Shown piece by piece: positions 59,864 to 64,000 of a DNA stretch of 64,000 nucleotides. The notes beneath the pieces are model-generated. The model had not been told where the DNA came from. It worked only from the letters and a program-made list of their open reading frames with translations, and did not search any database. The translations under genes were made by a program, and so were the position numbers. Position 1 is the stretch's first letter. Every line of letters begins with the position of its first letter. This stretch comes from Escherichia phage T4, in the sequence record OZ209023.1; one strand, written 5' to 3'.

Positions 59864-60312
59864 TCAACAATCACAATTTCTAATTTAGAGGAATATGTAT
59901 CTAAAATCCCCTCAATAATATCCCAGTTCCCTTTACCTATGCCTGCACCAATCCTAGGCATATAGATTGTAGGTTTAATCAGTTTATTTTCACCAAACTC
60001 ATTTAATTCTAACATACAATTCATTAAAGCGGAATACTCAAAATTTGGCCCTGGTTGAAATTGAGTATAAAGATTGAAGCAGTAAGCTTTATGAGTCCTA
60101 AAGTATTTTTCATAGACTGAGTAAGAACCGAGTTTAGTTACATCACCCCATTCAGTCTGTAATTTATCAGCTTCCAAAATTTTAGGGAAAGCTTTGGTTA
60201 ATTGACCCGCTACGCCTGAACCCATAGTATGAAAACAATTACATCCATGTGCAATATTTTTACCTTCAGCGAAAAGGGCGACAATATCGCCCTTGATATA
60301 TTTTACAATCAT
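59845..60312 (-). CDS. macro-domain protein (putative ADP-ribose binding/processing)
   Basis: 155-aa ORF; N-terminal KGDIVALFAEGKNIAHGCNCFHTMGSGVAGQL resembles macro-domain GDI...N/H...G.G.A signature. Confidence 0.55.
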   Translation of the reverse strand: MIVKYIKGDIVALFAEGKNIAHGCNCFHTMGSGVAGQLTKAFPKILEADKLQTEWGDVTKLGSYSVYEKYFRTHKAYCFNLYTQFQPGPNFEYSALMNCMLELNEFGENKLIKPTIYMPRIGAGIGKGNWDIIEGILDTYSSKLEIVIVDWEPLL

Positions 60313-60656
60313 CTAGTACTCAATCCTCGATTATAAGAATCTACCAAACGGTCAACCATTGAATGACAAGCGGCTTTATCTTTCTCCTCCGCAACTGAAC
60401 ATTCTAAGGTATTCCACTTTTTAGCATATCGTTTTAACAATGTATCGTTTTTGTATCTGCTTGATTTATCTCTTTCTCCGTCTTTATATGCATATATTAA
60501 TTTCTGTGCAAATTCAGCTTGGCATGCCTTATTTTTCCCACAATAATCTGCCGCAGTGCGGTTTACATATTCTCTAATTTCAGTATATGATGTATCTGCT
60601 GACGCAGAAGCAGAAAATGAAATTAATCCTATACATAAAACCAAAATTTTAGTCAT
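60309..60656 (-). CDS. secreted small protein (T4 vs position)
   Basis: 115-aa ORF with signal peptide MTKILVLCIGLISFSASASA. Confidence 0.5.
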   Translation of the reverse strand: MTKILVLCIGLISFSASASADTSYTEIREYVNRTAADYCGKNKACQAEFAQKLIYAYKDGERDKSSRYKNDTLLKRYAKKWNTLECSVAEEKDKAACHSMVDRLVDSYNRGLSTR

Positions 60657-61194
60657 TTACTATTTCCAAAAGTTTATTATTTTTAAGGTAATTAGCCTTT
60701 TCTAGGACTTCAGAAGCATATTTAGAACCTGCTTTAACATTCCATCCCGAATTATAAGAGGATATTGCTTTTCTTATATCGCCCTTATGTATATTTAACC
60801 AATAAGAAAGTTCAATGTACGCCCAGGAAGCTGAATTGGATCGTTTATTCAACATTCTTTTTATTTCAGCATCGGTCATATTATAACCAAGTTCCTTAAC
60901 TCTTGCTCGCATAGTAGGCAAATAATTTTGGAACATTCCGTAGGCGTGATGCTTTGGTTTAGATTTTAAATTAACTCCGCCAGAGCTTTCTTGCCATAAA
61001 ATGGCAGCCATTATATGACCTAATCCGCTCTTGTGGATATTTTTGTGTGTTTTATATTTTCCATCCTTAGAAAATTGTTCCCCGAATTGATACGCGTAAC
61101 GCATGTTATCGAGTTGGACATTACTGAAAGTATGCTCGGAGCTATGTGCCATCATTGAAATGGCCAATAGACCAGCGAGTAGTGCTTTTCTCAT
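60649..61194 (-). CDS. secreted protein with lytic-transglycosylase-like region
   Basis: 181-aa ORF; signal peptide; motif ILWQESSGG resembles SLT-domain catalytic region. Confidence 0.45.
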   Translation of the reverse strand: MRKALLAGLLAISMMAHSSEHTFSNVQLDNMRYAYQFGEQFSKDGKYKTHKNIHKSGLGHIMAAILWQESSGGVNLKSKPKHHAYGMFQNYLPTMRARVKELGYNMTDAEIKRMLNKRSNSASWAYIELSYWLNIHKGDIRKAISSYNSGWNVKAGSKYASEVLEKANYLKNNKLLEIVND

Positions 61195-61201
61195 GCTTAC
61201 C

Positions 61202-61663
61202 TCATTGAGTTTTAATTACTGCTTTAGAAGCCTTTCCTGGTAAACGACGACTGTTGATAATTGCCATCCTACATTGAAGTGACGGGTCTTTGAACTTCTC
61301 GTTAGGTTTACAAACTGTAAATCCAAGCCAAAGATTTCCATCTGTGATTTCTAAACGTCCAGGACGATATTCAACCCCATCAATAAAATCCTCGTCAATG
61401 TCAGGACGCGGAGGCATACTCAGGAATTCATTAACTTCTAAAACATGGTCTTTTATTTTATGGAATAATTCAAAAACGTATGTCTCATCAATCTCCCGTT
61501 GAATTGCGCGATCAAGAAGATGTTGAGAATATTTTAGATGAAACGATGAGACTCCTGCTGCTTTTGATGCCTCACGAATCTCATTGTTAATTTGACGAAA
61601 CTCCGACTCAAAGTGACGACGAAGCTTATTTCGACGGATAAAAACTTCTGTATTGATAGTCAT
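61202..61663 (-). CDS. regB: sequence-specific endoribonuclease RegB
   Basis: 153-aa ORF MTINTEVFIRRNKLRRHFE...; recognised sequence; early promoter upstream. Confidence 0.85.
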   Translation of the reverse strand: MTINTEVFIRRNKLRRHFESEFRQINNEIREASKAAGVSSFHLKYSQHLLDRAIQREIDETYVFELFHKIKDHVLEVNEFLSMPPRPDIDEDFIDGVEYRPGRLEITDGNLWLGFTVCKPNEKFKDPSLQCRMAIINSRRLPGKASKAVIKTQ

Positions 61664-61690
61664 GTTATTCTCCTCTTAACTGATAGAAAA

Positions 61691-61720
61691 ATTATACCAC
61701 AGTCAAGAGGAAAAGTAAAC
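61691..61720 (-). promoter_or_regulatory. early promoter (GTTTAC / TATAAT) upstream of regB
   Basis: plus gtaaac 61715-61720, attata 61691-61696. Confidence 0.5.
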
Positions 61721-61722
61721 AG

Positions 61723-62043
61723 TTATTCTTTAAATCTAATCAATTTATTCATAGACTTTGAAACTTCGGCACGAACCTCATGTAGATTTTTGAGCTGTTC
61801 AAGACGCTGCGTATAGTAAGCAATTTCATCTTCTTCGAGACAGTCCTGCGAATCTTCTTTAAGATAACGTGCATAGTCCTGGAAAGCGTTACGGACTACT
61901 TCCTGGAAGTCATCAAGACTTTGAATTTTCTTAGGAGCAACAGATACACGACGAGGGGCAGTATAATACTCATAACCAAACCCTGCGCTTAATTGAGCCA
62001 TTAGTATTTTTCCTCTGGTTGGAACACTGCACGACAAGCCCAC
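61723..62043 (-). CDS. hypothetical small protein
   Basis: ORF of 92-106 aa depending on start. Confidence 0.45.
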   Translation of the reverse strand: MGLSCSVPTRGKILMAQLSAGFGYEYYTAPRRVSVAPKKIQSLDDFQEVVRNAFQDYARYLKEDSQDCLEEDEIAYYTQRLEQLKNLHEVRAEVSKSMNKLIRFKE

Positions 62044-62303
62044 ATACTGGCTTCTTTGAGTTTCGTTTTAGCAATAGTTAACTGATCGAGACTTTCAGCA
62101 TAATTCTTCGCGAATTCACAGTCTTCGCAATTATCTAGTGCTTCCCAGAATTCATCATATAAAGCATCAAAGATAAGTCCTAAACGAACTTCAGCGTCTT
62201 TAATAGCATTTACTTTACCGATTTTCTCTTCAGTATGTGGTTTATAACCCTTAATATCTTCAATCATATTTGACTTCCTCACCAGTACATAAATCGTATT
62301 CAA
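62001..62303 (-). CDS. hypothetical small protein
   Basis: ORF of 88-100 aa; GAGGAAG SD before internal Met. Confidence 0.45.
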   Translation of the reverse strand: MNTIYVLVRKSNMIEDIKGYKPHTEEKIGKVNAIKDAEVRLGLIFDALYDEFWEALDNCEDCEFAKNYAESLDQLTIAKTKLKEASMWACRAVFQPEEKY

Positions 62304-62481
62304 CTAAACGAATAGGTTCATGAATGCCATAGCCTTGAACAGAAATTTCTGTCGTAGGATAAATTCCATCAATATCACCCATATTCCACGCTTCATTAAA
62401 TTGCTGTTCGCCTGAGTTACTAAACCACTCGGCGAAAGCATTTAGCACATCTTCAGAACCTTCAATAATTATCTTTGCCAT
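62260..62481 (-). CDS. hypothetical small acidic protein
   Basis: 73-aa ORF. Confidence 0.45.
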   Translation of the reverse strand: MAKIIIEGSEDVLNAFAEWFSNSGEQQFNEAWNMGDIDGIYPTTEISVQGYGIHEPIRLVEYDLCTGEEVKYD

Positions 62482-62843
62482 TACAAACTTTCAGTAAAGG
62501 TACGAGCGATAACGTCGCGCTGCTGTTCCGGAGTCAGAGAGTTAAAGCGAACTGCATAACCGGATACACGGATGGTCAGCTGCGGATATTTTTCCGGATG
62601 CTTAACTGCATCTTCCAGAGTTTCACGACGCAGAACGTTAACGTTCAGGTGTTGACCACCTTCAATTTTAACTGTAGGTTGTGGCTCAATTTCAATTTCA
62701 CGGGCATGCAAACCATAGAAAATTTCTGGGTCTACAAAAGAGTCCTCTTTAAAGGTTTTAGAGACAATAATTCGTGCTTGAATACCATCTTCAAAATAAA
62801 TAGTACCTTTATGTGTGCCTTCAAGAATTTGATATGCTTTCAT
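62481..62843 (-). CDS. autonomous glycyl-radical cofactor (GrcA/YfiD-like; T4 Y06I-type)
   Basis: 120-aa ORF with C-terminal glycyl radical motif RVSGYAVRF; 3' half visibly more G+C-rich than surrounding phage DNA. Confidence 0.8.
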   Translation of the reverse strand: MKAYQILEGTHKGTIYFEDGIQARIIVSKTFKEDSFVDPEIFYGLHAREIEIEPQPTVKIEGGQHLNVNVLRRETLEDAVKHPEKYPQLTIRVSGYAVRFNSLTPEQQRDVIARTFTESL

Positions 62844-62850
62844 ATAAACC

Positions 62851-63231
62851 TCAATTAGAAAATAAATTTATCCAAGATTGTTCTTTAATTAAAAATGGCT
62901 CAGAATCATATGCCATTAAACTTTGCGTAATTAATCCTTTAAAAGGTCCATCAATAAATTCCATGGTAAAATATGGAATTTTATTCATTAGCCGTGCATT
63001 AGGAGCAGTGCACAAAACTCTGCATCCTTTGAATACGCCTTTTTGTAATTTGTATTGCTTGGGATAAAATTCGCTCAAAATGTTATTTTTTGCCAAAATT
63101 TCAAAATGATTCACCAATTTATTTTTAATAGTTTTTGGCGAAAAATAAAGATATTCGAAAAGCTGAGTGTCTGTCATCATTGCATTCCGATTACGAAAAA
63201 CTGTGGACGAGTAATACCACCAATGCAACAT
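62851..63231 (-). CDS. hypothetical protein
   Basis: 126-aa ORF. Confidence 0.45.
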   Translation of the reverse strand: MLHWWYYSSTVFRNRNAMMTDTQLFEYLYFSPKTIKNKLVNHFEILAKNNILSEFYPKQYKLQKGVFKGCRVLCTAPNARLMNKIPYFTMEFIDGPFKGLITQSLMAYDSEPFLIKEQSWINLFSN

Positions 63232-63827
63232 TTACTATTACAGCAGTAGTGTACGGTGTCAATATGGACACTATAAATCTTATCCATATCAGGAGATTTG
63301 ACAGGCTCATCAATTATATACAAAATTCGCGAAAGCTTTAAACCTCTGAACTTGCTTCCTTTATTACCAATAAAACTGCGTACAGAATCAGTAAATAAAC
63401 GAAAACGTATATCATCATTAGAATAACGCGAAAATTCCTTTTTGATGTTATTTGCAGAAATTTTAGCATAAGCTGAAGTATTAGAAAGAACAATAACTGT
63501 TCCGCCATCATACAACCAATTAGCAGCAAAGTTAGTCACAGCAATTGATTTACCGGATTGACGTCCACCATCTAGTCGAAGTGTACAATACTGTTTAAGT
63601 AAGTCTTCAAATGGCGGGATATATTCGTTTTTACAAATTTCTTCTACTCTAGCATCAGAATGGTGTGTAAAAGCATTCATCAGGGATAGATAAGGACCAG
63701 TTAAAAATGTTCTCATTTCTTCTCTATAAGTTTGGGCCATTCCGTGGCGCATGAATTGTCCATTTCTGTATTTACCCATTACCGCGCTTGGGCTCGACCT
63801 TATTACAGGTTGGCGGGAATCCCTCAT
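63177..63827 (-). CDS. hypothetical P-loop protein
   Basis: ORF up to 216 aa with Walker A-like GGRQSGKS and hhhhDE (ILYIIDEP); start codon uncertain. Confidence 0.45.
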   Translation of the reverse strand: MRDSRQPVIRSSPSAVMGKYRNGQFMRHGMAQTYREEMRTFLTGPYLSLMNAFTHHSDARVEEICKNEYIPPFEDLLKQYCTLRLDGGRQSGKSIAVTNFAANWLYDGGTVIVLSNTSAYAKISANNIKKEFSRYSNDDIRFRLFTDSVRSFIGNKGSKFRGLKLSRILYIIDEPVKSPDMDKIYSVHIDTVHYCCNSKCCIGGITRPQFFVIGMQ

Positions 63828-63853
63828 ATAATCATGAGGTCCAGGTTGTTCCC

Positions 63854-64000
63854 TTATGCATAAATCGCCTTACCGTAGTATTTGTACCAAGTAGGACGTT
63901 GTGCAATTTTTTCATCTAAACGAGCTTGTGATATAGCAATAGAAGCTTCATGGGGAATATAATCACCACGGAATTCCTGAGGAATATCACTAATATCCTG
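63854..64000 (-). CDS. denV: endonuclease V (pyrimidine dimer DNA glycosylase) DenV, C-terminal 48 codons; gene continues beyond window
   Basis: minus-strand translation of window end gives ...[48 protein letters not shown] stop; recognised T4 DenV C-terminus. Confidence 0.85.

Overview
This window reads as the first ~64 kb of a T4-type (Tevenvirinae) coliphage genome in the standard T4 orientation. Nearly all genes are on the minus strand, tightly packed and often overlapping by a few bases. Identifications rest on my own recognition of protein sequences, motifs, lengths and gene order; no database search was run. Recognised genes include rIIA, the split topoisomerase II genes 39 and 60, dexA, dda, modA/modB, soc, gene 56, dam, primase 61, helicase 41, uvsX, gene 42, imm, DNA polymerase 43, regA, clamp loader 62/44, clamp 45, rpbA, 46/47, sigma factor 55, nrdH/nrdG/nrdD, gene 49, pin, nrdC, rI, tk, regB and the 3' end of denV. 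Classic T4 oddities are visible directly: the 50-nt translational bypass in gene 60, a group I intron in nrdD carrying I-TevII, and freestanding homing endonucleases (HNH mobA-D, GIY-YIG segA/segF). I found no tRNA genes, CRISPR arrays or integrase, and no convincing previously undescribed system. The most notable strain-level observations are two lesions in the DNA glucosylation genes: alpha-glucosyltransferase is reduced to a 45-codon in-frame remnant, and beta-glucosyltransferase carries an in-frame ochre stop 25 codons before its expected end. Together these predict a phage with non-glucosylated hydroxymethylcytosine DNA. Other points worth a second look are a GrcA-like glycyl-radical gene with a host-like GC-rich 3' half, an uncharacterised P-loop ATPase plus nucleotidyltransferase pair, a tandem family of four paralogous genes, a macro-domain ORF, and repeated hairpin-plus-early-promoter cassettes.
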